Positions 14,785 to 30,900 of a DNA stretch of 64,000 bases are shown in pieces. The DNA lies in contig CAXKVF010000075.1 of assembly GCA_964057225.1 (NCBI GenBank), positions 248,001-312,000 on the forward strand, given 5' to 3'. Position 1 is the stretch's first letter; the number at the start of each line of letters is the position of its first letter. The DNA comes from Auanema rhodensis. Taxonomy: Eukaryota > Animalia > Nematoda. The notes under the pieces were generated by a model. The model had not been told where the DNA came from and did not search any database. It saw only the letters and a list, made by a program, of their open reading frames with translations. Position numbers and translations under genes: made by a program.

Positions 14785-17700
14785 CAAGTGCACATCACGT
14801 GTACATTTAATTAGCATAAATTAAAGTTCACGTAAATTTCAAAGTCATGGTTACCATGAACCAATATCAATAAAAATTTGTTTTTAGACTAATATGGACA
14901 TGGGGAATCTAATTTTGAAAACCGCATCTCTTTATCTTTCACGTGAAGCGAGTTACATACCAAGTGCACATCACGTGTACATTTAATTAGCATAAATTAA
15001 AGTTCACGTAAATTTCAAAGTCATGGTTACCATGAACCAATATCAATAAAAATTTGTTTTTAGACTAATATGGACATGGGGAATCTAATTTTGAAAACCA
15101 CATCTCTTTATCTTTCACGTGAAGCGAGTTACATACCAAGGGCACATCACGTGTACATTTAATTAGCATAAATTAAAGTTCACGTAAATTTCAAAGTCAT
15201 GGTTACCATGAAGCAATATCAATAAAAATTTGTTTTTAGACTAATATGGACATGGGGAATCTAATTTTGAAAACCACATCTCTTTATCTTTCACGTGAAG
15301 CGAGTTACATACCAAGGGCACATCACGTGTACATTTAATTAGCATAAATTAAAGTTCACGTAAATTTCAAAGTCATGGTTACCATGAACCAATATCAATA
15401 AAAATTTGTTTTTAGACTAATATGGACATGGGGAATCTAATTTTGGAAACCGCATCTCTTTATCTTTCACGTGAAGCGAGTTACATACCAAGTGCACATC
15501 ACGTGTACATTTAATTAGCATAAATTAAAGTTCACGTAAATTTCAAAGTCATGGTTACCATGAACCAATATCAATAAAAATTTGTTTTTAGACTAATATG
15601 GACATGGGGAATCTAATTTTGAAAACCGCATCTCTTTATCTTTCACGTGAAGCGAGTTACATACCAAGTGCACATCACGTGTACATTTAATTAGCATAAA
15701 TTAAAGTTCACGTAAATTTCAAAGTCATGGTTACCATGAACCAATATCAATAAAAATTTGTTTTTAGACTAATATGGACATGGGGAATCTAATTTTGAAA
15801 ACCGCATCTCTTTATCTTTCACGTGAAGCGAGTTACATACCAAGTGCACATCACGTGTACATTTAATTAGCATAAATTAAAGTTCACGTAAATTTCAAAG
15901 TCATGGTTACCATGAACCAATATCAATAAAAATTTGTTTTTAGACTAATATGGACATGGGGAATCTAATTTTGAAAACCACATCTCTTTATCTTTCACGT
16001 GAAGCGAGTTACATACCAAGTGCACATCACGTGTACATTTAATTAGCATAAATTAAAGTTCACGTAAATTTCAAAGTCATGGTTACCATGAAGCAATATC
16101 AATAAAAATTTGTTTTTAGACTAATATGGACATGGGGAATCTAATTTTGAAAACCACATCTCTTTATCTTTCACGTGAAGCGAGTTACATACCAAGGGCA
16201 CATCACGTGTACATTTAATTAGCATAAATTAAAGTTCACGTAAATTTCAAAGTCATGGTTACCATGAAGCAATATCAATAAAAATTTGTTTTTAGACTAA
16301 TATGGACATGGGGAATCTAATTTTGAAAACCACATCTCTTTATCTTTCACGTGAAGCGAGTTACATACCAAGGGCACATCACGTGTACATTTAATTAGCA
16401 TAAATTAAAGTTCACGTAAATTTCAAAGTCATGGTTACCATGAAGCAATATCAATAAAAATTTGTTTTTAGACTAATATGGACATGGGGAATCTAATTTT
16501 GAAAACCACATCTCTTTATCTTTCACGTGAAGCGAGTTACATACCAAGGGCACATCACGTGTACATTTAATTAGCATAAATTAAAGTTCACGTAAATTTC
16601 AAAGTCATGGTTACCATGAACCAATATCAATAAAAATTTGTTTTTAGACTAATATGGACATGGGGAATCTAATTTTGGAAACCGCATCTCTTTATCTTTC
16701 ACGTGAAGCGAGTTACATACCAAGTGCACATCACGTGTACATTTAATTAGCATAAATTAAAGTTCACGTAAATTTCAAAGTCATGGTTACCATGAACCAA
16801 TATCAATAAAAATTTGTTTTTAGACTAATATGGACATGGGGAATCTAATTTTGAAAACCGCATCTCTTTATCTTTCACGTGAAGCGAGTTACATACCAAG
16901 TGCACATCACGTGTACATTTAATTAGCATAAATTAAAGTTCACGTAAATTTCAAAGTCATGGTTACCATGAACCAATATCAATAAAAATTTGTTTTTAGA
17001 CTAATATGGACATGGGGAATCTAATTTTGAAAACCGCATCTCTTTATCTTTCACGTGAAGCGAGTTACATACCAAGTGCACATCACGTGTACATTTAATT
17101 AGCATAAATTAAAGTTCACGTAAATTTCAAAGTCATGGTTACCATGAACTAATATCAATAAAAATTTGTTTTTAGACTAATATGGACATGGGGAATCTAA
17201 TTTTGAAAACCGCATCTCTTTATCTTTCACGTGAAGCGAGTTACATACCAAGTGCACATCACGTGTACATTTAATTAGCATAAATTAAAGTTCACGTAAA
17301 TTTCAAAGTCATGGTTACCATGAACCAATATCAATAAAAATTTGTTTTTAGACTAATATGGACATGGGGAATCTAATTTTGAAAACCGCATCTCTTTATC
17401 TTTCACGTGAAGCGAGTTACATACCAAGTGCACATCACGTGTACATTTAATTAGCATAAATTAAAGTTCACGTAAATTTCAAAGTCATGGTTACCATGAA
17501 CCAATATCAATAAAAATTTGTTTTTAGACTAATATGGACATGGGGAATCTAATTTTGAAAACCGCATCTCTTTATCTTTCACGTGAAGCGAGTTACATAC
17601 CAAGTGCACATCACGTGTACATTTAATTAGCATAAATTAAAGTTCACGTAAATTTCAAAGTCATGGTTACCATGAACCAATATCAATAAAAATTTGTTTT

Positions 17701-18480
17701 TAGACTAATATGGACATGGGGAATCTAATTTTGAAAACCGCATCTCTTTATCTTTCACGTGAAGCGAGTTACATACCAAGTGCACATCACGTGTACATTT
17801 AATTAGCATAAATTAAAGTTCACGTAAATTTCAAAGTCATGGTTACCATGAAGCAATATCAATAAAAATTTGTTTTTAGACTAATATGGACATGGGGAAT
17901 CTAATTTTGAAAACCGCATCTCTTTATCTTTCACGTGAAGCGAGTTACATACCAAGTGCACATCACGTGTACATTTAATTAGCATAAATTAAAGTTCACG
18001 TAAATTTCAAAGTCATGGTTACCATGAACCAATATCAATAAAAATTTGTTTTTAGACTAATATGGACATGGGGAATCTAATTTTGAAAACCGCATCTCTT
18101 TATCTTTCACGTGAAGCGAGTTACATACCAAGTGCACATCACGTGTACATTTAATTAGCATAAATTAAAGTTCACGTAAATTTCAAAGTCATGGTTACCA
18201 TGAAGCAATATCAATAAAAATTTGTTTTTAGACTAATATGGACATGGGGAATCTAATTTTGAAAACCGCATCTCTTTATCTTTCACGTGAAGCGAGTTAC
18301 ATACCAAGTGCACATCACGTGTACATTTAATTAGCATAAATTAAAGTTCACGTAAATTTCAAAGTCATGGTTACCATGAACCAATATCAATAAAAATTTG
18401 TTTTTAGACTAATATGGACATGGGGAATCTAATTTCGAAAACCGCATCTCTTTATCTTTCACGTGAAGCGAGTTACATAC

Positions 18481-21400
18481 CTAGTGCACATCACGTGTAC
18501 AATTAATTAGCATAAATTAAAGTTCACGTAAATTTCAAAGTCATGGTTACCATGAACCAATATCAATAAAAATTTGTTTTTAGACTAATATGGACATGGG
18601 GAATCTAATTTTGAAAACCACATCTCTTTATCTTTCACGTGAAGCGAGTTACATACCAAGGGCACATCACGTGTACATTTAATTAGCATGAATTAAAGTT
18701 CACGTAAATTTCAAAGTCATGGTTACCATGAAGCAATATCAATAAAAATTTGTTTTTAGACTAATATGGACATGGGGAATCTAATTTTGAAAACCACATC
18801 TCTTTATCTTTCACGTGAAGCGAGTTACATACCAAGGGCACATCACGTGTACATTTAATTAGCATAAATTAAAGTTCACGTAAATTTCAAAGTCATGGTT
18901 ACCATGAACCAATATCAATAAAAATTTGTTTTTAGACTAATATGGACATGGGGAATCTAATTTTGAAAACCGCATCTCTTTATCTTTCACGTGAAGCGAG
19001 TTACATACCAAGTGCACATCACGTGTACATTTAATTAGCATAAATTAAAGTTCACGTAAATTTCAAAGTCATGGTTACCATGAAGCAATATCAATAAAAA
19101 TTTGTTTTTAGACTAATATGGACAGGGGGAATCTAATTTTGAAAACCGCATCTCTTTATCTTTCACGTGAAGCGAGTTACATACCAAGTGCACATCACGT
19201 GTACATTTAATTAGCATAAATTAAAGTTCACGTAAATTTCAAAGTCATGGTTACCATGAACCAATATCAATAAAAATTTGTTTTTAGATTAATATGGACA
19301 TGGGGAATCTAATTTTGAAAACCGCATCTCTTTATCTTTCACGTGAAGCGAGTTACATACCAAGTGCACATCACGTGTACATTTAATTAGCATAAATTAA
19401 AGTTCACGTAAATTTCAAAGTCATGGTTACCATGAACCAATATCAATAAAAATTTGTTTTTAGACTAATATGGACATGGGGAATCTAATTTTGAAAACCG
19501 CATCTCTTTATCTTTCACGTGAAGCGAGTTACATACCAAGTGCACATCACGTGTACATTTAATTAGCATAAATTAAAGTTCACGTAAATTTCAAAGTCAT
19601 GGTTACCATGAAGCAATATCAATAAAAATTTGTTTTTAGACTAATATGGACATGGGGAATCTAATTTTGAAAATCGCATCTCTTTATCTTTCACGTGAAG
19701 CGAGTTACATACCAAGTGCACATCACGTGTACATTTAATTAGCATAAATTAAAGTTCGCGTAAATTTCAAAGTCATGGTTACCATGCACCAATATCAATA
19801 AAAATTTGTTTTTAGACTAATATGGACATGGGGAATCTAATTTTGAAAACCGCATCTCTTTATCTTTCACGTGAAGCGAGTTACATACCTAGTGCACATC
19901 ACGTGTACAATTAATTAGCATAAATTAAAGTTCACGTAAATTTCAAAGTCATGGTTACCATGAAGCAATATCAAAAAAAATTTGTTTTTAGACTAATATG
20001 GACATGGGGAATCTAATTTTGAAAACCGCATCTCTTTATCTTTCACGTGAAGCGAGTTACATACCAAGTGCACATCACGTGTACATTTAATTAGCATAAA
20101 TTAAAGTTCACGTAAATTTCAAAGTCATGGTTACCATGAAGCAATATCAATAAAAATTTGTTTTTAGACTAATATGGACATGGGGAATCTAATTTTGAAA
20201 ACCACATCTCTTTATCTTTCACGTGAAGCGAGTTACATACCAAGGGCACATCACGTGTACATTTAATTAGCATAAATTAAAGTTCACGTAAATTTCAAAG
20301 TCATGGTTACCATGAACCAATATCAATAAAAATTTGTATTTAGACTAATATGGACATGGGGAATCTAATTTTGAAAACCGCATCTCTTTATCTTTCACGT
20401 GAAGCGAGTTACATACCAAGTGCACATCACGTGTACATTTAATTAGCATAAATTAAAGTTCACGTAAATTTCAAAGTCATGGTTACCATGAACCAATATC
20501 AATAAAAATTTGTTTTTAGACTAATATGGACATGGGGAATCTAATTTTGAAAACCGCATCTCTTTATCTTTCACGTGAAGCGAGTTACATACCAAGTGCA
20601 CATCACGTGTACATTTAATTAGCATAAATTAAAGTTCACGTAAATTTCAAAGTCATGGTTACCATGAACCAATATCAATAAAAATTTGTTTTTAGACTAA
20701 TATGGACATGGGGAATCTAATTTTGAAAACCGCATCTCTTTATCTTTCACGTGAAGCGAGTTACATACCAAGTGCACATCACGTGTACATTTAATTAGCA
20801 TAAATTAAAGTTCACGTAAATTTCAAAGTCATGGTTACCATGAACCAATATCAATAAAAATTTGTTTTTAGACTAATATGGACATGGGGAATCTAATTTT
20901 GAAAACCGCATCTCTTTATCTTTCACGTGAAGCGAGTTACATACCAAGTGCACATCACGTGTACATTTAATTAGCATAAATTAAAATTCACGTAAATTTC
21001 AAAGTCATGGTTACCATGAACCAATATCAATAAAAATTTGTTTTTAGACTAATATGGACATGGGGAATCTAATTTTGAAAACCGCATCTCTTTATCTTTC
21101 ACGTGAAGCGAGTTACATACCTAGTGCACATCACGTGTACAATTAATTAGCATAAATTAAAGTTCACGTAAATTTCAAAGTCATGGTTACCATGAACCAA
21201 TATCAATAAAAATTTGTTTTTAGACTAATATGGACATGGGGAATCTAATTTTGAAAACCACATCTCTTTATCTTTCACGTGAAGCGAGTTACATACCAAG
21301 GGCACATCACGTGTACATTTAATTAGCATAAATTAAAGTTCACGTAAATTTCAAAGTCATGGTTACCATGAAGCAATATCAATAAAAATTTGTTTTTAGA

Positions 21401-24400
21401 CTAATATGGACATGGGGAATCTAATTTTGAAAACCACATCTCTTTATCTTTCACGTGAAGCGAGTTACATACCAAGGGCACATCACGTGTACATTTAATT
21501 AGCATAAATTAAAGTTCACGTAAATTTCAAAGTCATGGTTACCATGAACCAATATCAATAAAAATTTGTTTTTAGACTAATATGGACATGGGGAATCTAA
21601 TTTTGAAAACCGCATCTCTTTATCTTTCACGTGAAGCGAGTTACATACCAAGTGCACATCACGTGTACATTTAATTAGCATAAATTAAAGTTCACGTAAA
21701 TTTCAAAGTCATGGTTACCATGAACCAATATCAATAAAAATTTGTTTTTAGACTAATATGGACATGGGGAATCTAATTTTGAAAACCGCATCTCTTTATC
21801 TTTCACGTGAAGCGAGTTACATACCAAGTGCACATCACGTGTACATTTAATTAGCATAAATTAAAGTTCACGTAAATTTCAAAGTCATGGTTACCATGAA
21901 CCAATATCAATAAAAATTTGTTTTTAGACTAATATGGACATGGGGAATCTAATTTTGAAAACCGCATCTCTTTATCTTTCACGTGAAGCGAGTTACATAC
22001 CAAGTGCACATCACGTGTACATTTAATTAGCATAAATTAAAGTTCACGTAAATTTCAAAGTCATGGTTACCATGAAGCAATATCAATAAAAATTTGTTTT
22101 TAGACTAATATGGACATGGGGAATCTAATTTTGAAAACCGCATCTCTTTATCTTTCACGTGAAGCGAGTTACATACCAAGTGCACATCACGTGTACATTT
22201 AATTAGCATAAATTAAAGTTCACGTAAATTTCAAAGTCATGGTTACCATGAACCAATATCAATAAAAATTTGTTTTTAGATTAATATGGACATGGGGAAT
22301 CTAATTTTGAAAACCGCATCTCTTTATCTTTCACGTGAAGCGAGTTACATACCAAGTGCACATCACGTGTACATTTAATTAGCATAAATTAAAGTTCACG
22401 TAAATTTCAAAGTCATGGTTACCATGAACCAATATCAATAAAAATTTGTTTTTAGACTAATATGGACATGGGGAATCTAATTTTGAAAACCGCATCTCTT
22501 TATCTTTCACGTGAAGCGAGTTACATACCAAGTGCACATCACGTGTACATTTAATTAGCATAAATTAAAGTTCACGTAAATTTCAAAGTCATGGTTACCA
22601 TGAAGCAATATCAATAAAAATTTGTTTTTAGACTAATATGGACATGGGGAATCTAATTTTGAAAACCGCATCTCTTTATCTTTCACGTGAAGCGAGTTAC
22701 ATACCAAGTGCACATCACGTGTACATTTAATTAGCATAAATTAAAGTTCGCGTAAATTTCAAAGTCATGGTTACCATGCACCAATATCAATAAAAATTTG
22801 TTTTTAGACTAATATGGACATGGGGAATCTAATTTTGAAAACCGCATCTCTTTATCTTTCACGTGAAGCGAGTTACATACCTAGTGCACATCACGTGTAC
22901 AATTAATTAGCATAAATTAAAGTTCACGTAAATTTCAAAGTCATGGTTACCATGAAGCAATATCAAAAAAAATTTGTTTTTAGACTAATATGGACATGGG
23001 GAATCTAATTTTGAAAACCGCATCTCTTTATCTTTCACGTGAAGCGAGTTACATACCTAGTGCACATCACGTGTACAATTAATTAGCATAAATTAAAGTT
23101 CACGTAAATTTCAAAGTCATGGTTACCATGAAGCAATATCAAAAAAAATTTGTTTTTAGACTAATATGGACATGGGGAATCTAATTTTGAAAACCGCATC
23201 TCTTTATCTTTCACGTGAAGCGAGTTACATACCAAGTGCACATCACGTGTACATTTAATTAGCATAAATTAAAGTTCACGTAAATTTCAAAGTCATGGTT
23301 ACCATGAAGCAATATCAATAAAAATTTGTTTTTAGACTAATATGGACATGGGGAATCTAATTTTGAAAACCACATCTCTTTATCTTTCACGTGAAGCGAG
23401 TTACATACCAAGGGCACATCACGTGTACATTTAATTAGCATAAATTAAAGTTCACGTAAATTTCAAAGTCATGGTTACCATGAACCAATATCAATAAAAA
23501 TTTGTTTTTAGACTAATATGGACATGGGGAATCTAATTTTGAAAACCGCATCTCTTTATCTTTCACGTGAAGCGAGTTACATACCAAGTGCACATCACGT
23601 GTACATTTAATTAGCATAAATTAAAGTTCACGTAAATTTCAAAGTCATGGTTACCATGAACCAATATCAATAAAAATTTGTTTTTAGACTAATATGGACA
23701 TGGGGAATCTAATTTTGAAAACCGCATCTCTTTATCTTTCACGTGAAGCGAGTTACATACCAAGTGCACATCACGTGTACATTTAATTAGCATAAATTAA
23801 AGTTCACGTAAATTTCAAAGTCATGGTTACCATGAAGCAATATCAATAAAAATTTGTTTTTAGACTAATATGGACATGGGGAATCTAATTTTGAAAACCG
23901 CATCTCTTTATCTTTCACGTGAAGCGAGTTACATACCAAGTGCACATCACGTGTACATTTAATTAGCATAAATTAAAGTTCACGTAAATTTCAAAGTCAT
24001 GGTTACCATGCACCAATATCAATAAAAATTTGTTTTTAGACTAATATGGACATGGGGAATCTAATTTTGAAAACCACATCTCTTTATCTTTCACGTGAAG
24101 CGAGTTACATACCAAGGGCACATCACGTGTACATTTAATTAGCATAAATTAAAGTTCACGTAAATTTCAAAGTCATGGTTACCATGAAGCAATATCAATA
24201 AAAATTTGTTTTTAGACTAATATGGACATGGGGAATCTAATTTTGAAAACCACATCTCTTTATCTTTCACGTGAAGCGAGTTACATACCAAGGGCACATC
24301 ACGTGTACATTTAATTAGCATAAATTAAAGTTCACGTAAATTTCAAAGTCATGGTTACCATGAACCAATATCAATAAAAATTTGTTTTTAGACTAATATG

Positions 24401-27400
24401 GACATGGGGAATCTAATTTTGAAAACCGCATCTCTTTATCTTTCACGTGAAGCGAGTTACATACCAAGTGCACATCACGTGTACATTTAATTAGCATAAA
24501 TTAAAGTTCACGTAAATTTCAAAGTCATGGTTACCATGAACCAATATCAATAAAAATTTGTTTTTAGACTAATATGGACATGGGGAATCTAATTTTGAAA
24601 ACCGCATCTCTTTATCTTTCACGTGAAGCGAGTTACATACCAAGTGCACATCACGTGTACATTTAATTAGCATAAATTAAAGTTCACGTAAATTTCAAAG
24701 TCATGGTTACCATGCACCAATATCAATAAAAATTTGTTTTTAGACTAATATGGACATGGGGAATCTAATTTTGAAAACCACATCTCTTTATCTTTCACGT
24801 GAAGCGAGTTACATACCAAGGGCACATCACGTGTACATTTAATTAGCATAAATTAAAGTTCACGTAAATTTCAAAGTCATGGTTACCATGAAGCAATATC
24901 AATAAAAATTTGTTTTTAGACTAATATGGACATGGGGAATCTAATTTTGAAAACCACATCTCTTTATCTTTCACGTGAAGCGAGTTACATACCAAGGGCA
25001 CATCACGTGTACATTTAATTAGCATAAATTAAAGTTCACGTAAATTTCAAAGTCATGGTTACCATGAACCAATATCAATAAAAATTTGTTTTTAGACTAA
25101 TATGGACATGGGGAATCTAATTTTGAAAACCGCATCTCTTTATCTTTCACGTGAAGCGAGTTACATACCAAGTGCACATCACGTGTACATTTAATTAGCA
25201 TAAATTAAAGTTCACGTAAATTTCAAAGTCATGGTTACCATGAACCAATATCAATAAAAATTTGTTTTTAGACTAATATGGACATGGGGAATCTAATTTT
25301 GAAAACCGCATCTCTTTATCTTTCACGTGAAGCGAGTTACATACCAAGTGCACATCACGTGTACATTTAATTAGCATAAATTAAAGTTCACGTAAATTTC
25401 AAAGTCATGGTTACCATGAACCAATATCAATAAAAATTTGTTTTTAGACTAATATGGACATGGGGAATCTAATTTTGAAAACCGCATCTCTTTATCTTTC
25501 ACGTGAAGCGAGTTACATACCAAGTGCACATCACGTGTACATTTAATTAGCATAAATTAAAGTTCACGTAAATTTCAAAGTCATGGTTACCATGAAGCAA
25601 TATCAATAAAAATTTGTTTTTAGACTAATATGGACATGGGGAATCTAATTTTGAAAACCGCATCTCTTTATCTTTCACGTGAAGCGAGTTACATACCAAG
25701 TGCACATCACGTGTACATTTAATTAGCATAAATTAAAGTTCACGTAAATTTCAAAGTCATGGTTACCATGAACCAATATCAATAAAAATTTGTTTTTAGA
25801 TTAATATGGACATGGGGAATCTAATTTTGAAAACCGCATCTCTTTATCTTTCACGTGAAGCGAGTTACATACCAAGTGCACATCACGTGTACATTTAATT
25901 AGCATAAATTAAAGTTCACGTAAATTTCAAAGTCATGGTTACCATGAACCAATATCAATAAAAATTTGTTTTTAGACTAATATGGACATGGGGAATCTAA
26001 TTTTGAAAACCGCATCTCTTTATCTTTCACGTGAAGCGAGTTACATACCAAGTGCACATCACGTGTACATTTAATTAGCATAAATTAAAGTTCACGTAAA
26101 TTTCAAAGTCATGGTTACCATGAAGCAATATCAATAAAAATTTGTTTTTAGACTAATATGGACATGGGGAATCTAATTTTGAAAACCGCATCTCTTTATC
26201 TTTCACGTGAAGCGAGTTACATACCAAGTGCACATCACGTGTACATTTAATTAGCATAAATTAAAGTTCGCGTAAATTTCAAAGTCATGGTTACCATGCA
26301 CCAATATCAATAAAAATTTGTTTTTAGACTAATATGGACATGGGGAATCTAATTTTGAAAACCGCATCTCTTTATCTTTCACGTGAAGCGAGTTACATAC
26401 CTAGTGCACATCACGTGTACAATTAATTAGCATAAATTAAAGTTCACGTAAATTTCAAAGTCATGGTTACCATGAAGCAATATCAAAAAAAATTTGTTTT
26501 TAGACTAATATGGACATGGGGAATCTAATTTTGAAAACCGCATCTCTTTATCTTTCACGTGAAGCGAGTTACATACCTAGTGCACATCACGTGTACAATT
26601 AATTAGCATAAATTAAAGTTCACGTAAATTTCAAAGTCATGGTTACCATGAAGCAATATCAAAAAAAATTTGTTTTTAGACTAATATGGACATGGGGAAT
26701 CTAATTTTGAAAACCGCATCTCTTTATCTTTCACGTGAAGCGAGTTACATACCAAGTGCACATCACGTGTACATTTAATTAGCATAAATTAAAGTTCACG
26801 TAAATTTCAAAGTCATGGTTACCATGAAGCAATATCAATAAAAATTTGTTTTTAGACTAATATGGACATGGGGAATCTAATTTTGAAAACCACATCTCTT
26901 TATCTTTCACGTGAAGCGAGTTACATACCAAGGGCACATCACGTGTACATTTAATTAGCATAAATTAAAGTTCACGTAAATTTCAAAGTCATGGTTACCA
27001 TGAACCAATATCAATAAAAATTTGTTTTTAGACTAATATGGACATGGGGAATCTAATTTTGAAAACCGCATCTCTTTATCTTTCACGTGAAGCGAGTTAC
27101 ATACCAAGTGCACATCACGTGTACATTTAATTAGCATAAATTAAAGTTCACGTAAATTTCAAAGTCATGGTTACCATGAACCAATATCAATAAAAATTTG
27201 TTTTTAGACTAATATGGACATGGGGAATCTAATTTTGAAAACCGCATCTCTTTATCTTTCACGTGAAGCGAGTTACATACCAAGTGCACATCACGTGTAC
27301 ATTTAATTAGCATAAATTAAAGTTCACGTAAATTTCAAAGTCATGGTTACCATGAAGCAATATCAATAAAAATTTGTTTTTAGACTAATATGGACATGGG

Positions 27401-27632
27401 GAATCTAATTTTGAAAACCGCATCTCTTTATCTTTCACGTGAAGCGAGTTACATACCAAGTGCACATCACGTGTACATTTAATTAGCATAAATTAAAGTT
27501 CACGTAAATTTCAAAGTCATGGTTACCATGCACCAATATCAATAAAAATTTGTTTTTAGACTAATATGGACATGGGGAATCTAATTTTGAAAACCGCATC
27601 TCTTTATCTTTCACGTGAAGCGAGTTACATAC
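18481..27632. repeat. Three related multi-monomer blocks (~15-20-mers) with nested duplications
   Basis: The ordered marker series AGATT, TTCGCG, CTAG+ACAA+CAAAAAAAA occurs at monomers 19185/19713/19889, 22177/22705/22881 and 25697/26225/26401. Confidence 0.88.
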
Positions 27633-27984
27633 CAAGTGCACATCACGTGTACATTTAATTAGCATAAATTAAAGTTCACGTAAATTTCAAAGTCATGGTT
27701 ACCATGAACCAATATCAATAAAAATTTGTTTTTAGACTAATATGGACATGGGGAATATAATTTTGAAAACCGCATCTCTTTATCTTTCACGTGAAGCGAG
27801 TTACATACCAAGTGCACATCACGTGTACATTTAATTAGCATAAATTAAAGTTCACGTAAATTTCAAAGTCATGGTTACCATGCACCAATATCAATAAAAA
27901 TTTGTTTTTAGACTAATATGGACATGGGGAATCTAATTTTGAAAACCGCATCTCTTTATCTTTCACGTGAAGCGAGTTACATAC

Positions 27985-30900
27985 CAAGTGCACATCACGT
28001 GTACATTTAATTAGCATAAATTAAAGTTCACGTAAATTTCAAAGTCATGGTTACCATGCACCAATATCAATAAAAATTTGTTTTTAGACTAATATGGACA
28101 TGGGGAATCTAATTTTGAAAACCGCATCTCTTTATCTTTCACGTGAAGCGAGTTACATACCAAGTGCACATCACGTGTAAAATTAATTAGCATAAATTAA
28201 AGTTCACGTAAATTTCAAAGTCATGGTTACCATGAACCAATATCAATAAAAATTTGTTTTTAGACTAATATGGACATCGGGAATCTAATTTTGAAAACCG
28301 CATCTCTTTATCTTTCACGTGAAGCGAGTTACATACCAAGTGCACATCACGTGTACATTTAATTAGCATAAATTAAAGTTCACGTAAATTTCAAAGTCAT
28401 GGTTACCATGAACCAATATCAATAAAAATTTGTTTTTAGACTAATATGGACATGGGGAATCTAATTTTGAAAACCGCATCTCTTTATCTTTCACGTGAAG
28501 CGAGTTACATACCAAGTGCACATCACGTGTACATTTAATTAGCATAAATTAAAGTTCACGTAAATTTCAAAGTCATGGTTACCATGCACCAATATCAATA
28601 AAAATTTGTTTTTAGACTAATATGGACATGGGGAATCTAATTTTGAAAACCGCATCTCTTTTTCTTTCACGTGAAGCGAGTTACATACCAAGTGCACATC
28701 ACGTGTACATTTAATTAGCATAAATTAAAGTTCACGTAAATTTCAAAGTCATGGTTACCATGCACCAATATCAATAAAAATTTGTTTTTAGACTAATATG
28801 GACATGGGGAATCTAATTTTGAAAACCGCATCTCTTTATCTTTCACGTGAAGCGAGTTACATACCAAGTGCACATCACGTGTACAATTAATTAGCATAAA
28901 TTAAAGTTCACGTAAATTTCAAAGTCATGGTTACCATGAAGCAATATCAATAAAAATTTGTTTTTAGACTAATATGGACATGGGGAATCTAATTTTGAAA
29001 ACCGCATCTCTTTATCTTTCACGTGAAGCGAGTTACATACCAAGTGCACATCACGTGTACATTTAATTAGCATAAATTAAAGTTCACGTAAATTTCAAAG
29101 TCATGGTTACCATGAAGCAATATCAATAAAAATTTGTTTTTAGACTAATATGGACATGGGGAATCTAATTTTGAAAACCACATCTCTTTATCTTTCACGT
29201 GAAGCGAGTTACATACCAAGGGCACATCACGTGTACATTTAATTAGCATAAATTAAAGTTCACGTAAATTTCAAAGTCATGGTTACCATGAACCAATATC
29301 AATAAAAATTTGTTTTTAGACTAATATGGACATGGGGAATCTAATTTTGAAAACCGCATCTCTTTATCTTTCACGTGAAGCGAGTTACATACCAAGTGCA
29401 CATCACGTGTACATTTAATTAGCATAAATTAAAGTTCACGTAAATTTCAAAGTCATGGTTACCATGAACCAATATCAATAAAAATTTGTTTTTAGACTAA
29501 TATGGACATGGGGAATCTAATTTTGTAAACCGCATCTCTTTATCTTTCACGTGAAGCGAGTTACATACCAAGTGCACATCACGTGTACATTTAATTAGCA
29601 TAAATTAAAGTTCACGTAAATTTCAAAGTCATGGTTACCATGAACCAATATCAATAAAAATTTGTTTTTAGACTAATATGGACATGGGGAATCTAATTTT
29701 GAAAACCGCATCTCTTTATCTTTCACGTGAAGCGAGTTACATACCAAGTGCACATCACGTGTACATTTAATTAGCATAAATTAAAGTTCACGTAAATTTC
29801 AAAGTCATGGTTACCATGCACCAATATCAATAAAAATTTGTTTTTAGACTAATATGGACATGGGGAATCTAATTTTGAAAACCGCATCTCTTTATCTTTC
29901 ACGTGAAGCGAGTTACATACCAAGTGCACATCACGTGTACATTTAATTAGCATAAATTAAAGTTCACGTAAATTTCAAAGTCATGGTTACCATGAACCAA
30001 TATCAATAAAAATTTGTTTTTAGACTAATATGGACATGGGGAATCTAATTTTGAAAACCGCATCTCTTTATCTTTCACGTGAAGCGAGTTACATACCAAG
30101 TGCACATCACGTGTACATTTAATTAGCATAAATTAAAGTTCACGTAAATTTCAAAGTCATGGTTACCATGCACCAATATCAATAAAAATTTGTTTTTAGA
30201 CTAATATGGACATGGGGAATCTAATTTTGAAAACCGCATCTCTTTATCTTTCACGTGAAGCGAGTTACATACCAAGTGCACATCACGTGTAAAATTAATT
30301 AGCATAAATTAAAGTTCACGTAAATTTCAAAGTCATGGTTACCATGAACCAATATCAATAAAAATTTGTTTTTAGACTAATATGGACATCGGGAATCTAA
30401 TTTTGAAAACCGCATCTCTTTATCTTTCACGTGAAGCGAGTTACATACCAAGTGCACATCACGTGTACATTTAATTAGCATAAATTAAAGTTCACGTAAA
30501 TTTCAAAGTCATGGTTACCATGAACCAATATCAATAAAAATTTGTTTTTAGACTAATATGGACATGGGGAATCTAATTTTGAAAACCGCATCTCTTTATC
30601 TTTCACGTGAAGCGAGTTACATACCAAGGGCACATCACGTGTACATTTAATTAGCATAAATTAAAGTTCACGTAAATTTCAAAGTCATGGTTACCATGCA
30701 CCAATATCAATAAAAATTTGTTTTTAGACTAATATGGACATGGGGAATCTAATTTTGAAAACCGCATCTCTTTTTCTTTCACGTCAAGCGAGTTACATAC
30801 CAAGTGCACATCACGTGTACATTTAATTAGCATAAATTAAAGTTCACGTAAATTTCAAAGTCATGGTTACCATGCACCAATATCAATAAAAATTTGTTTT

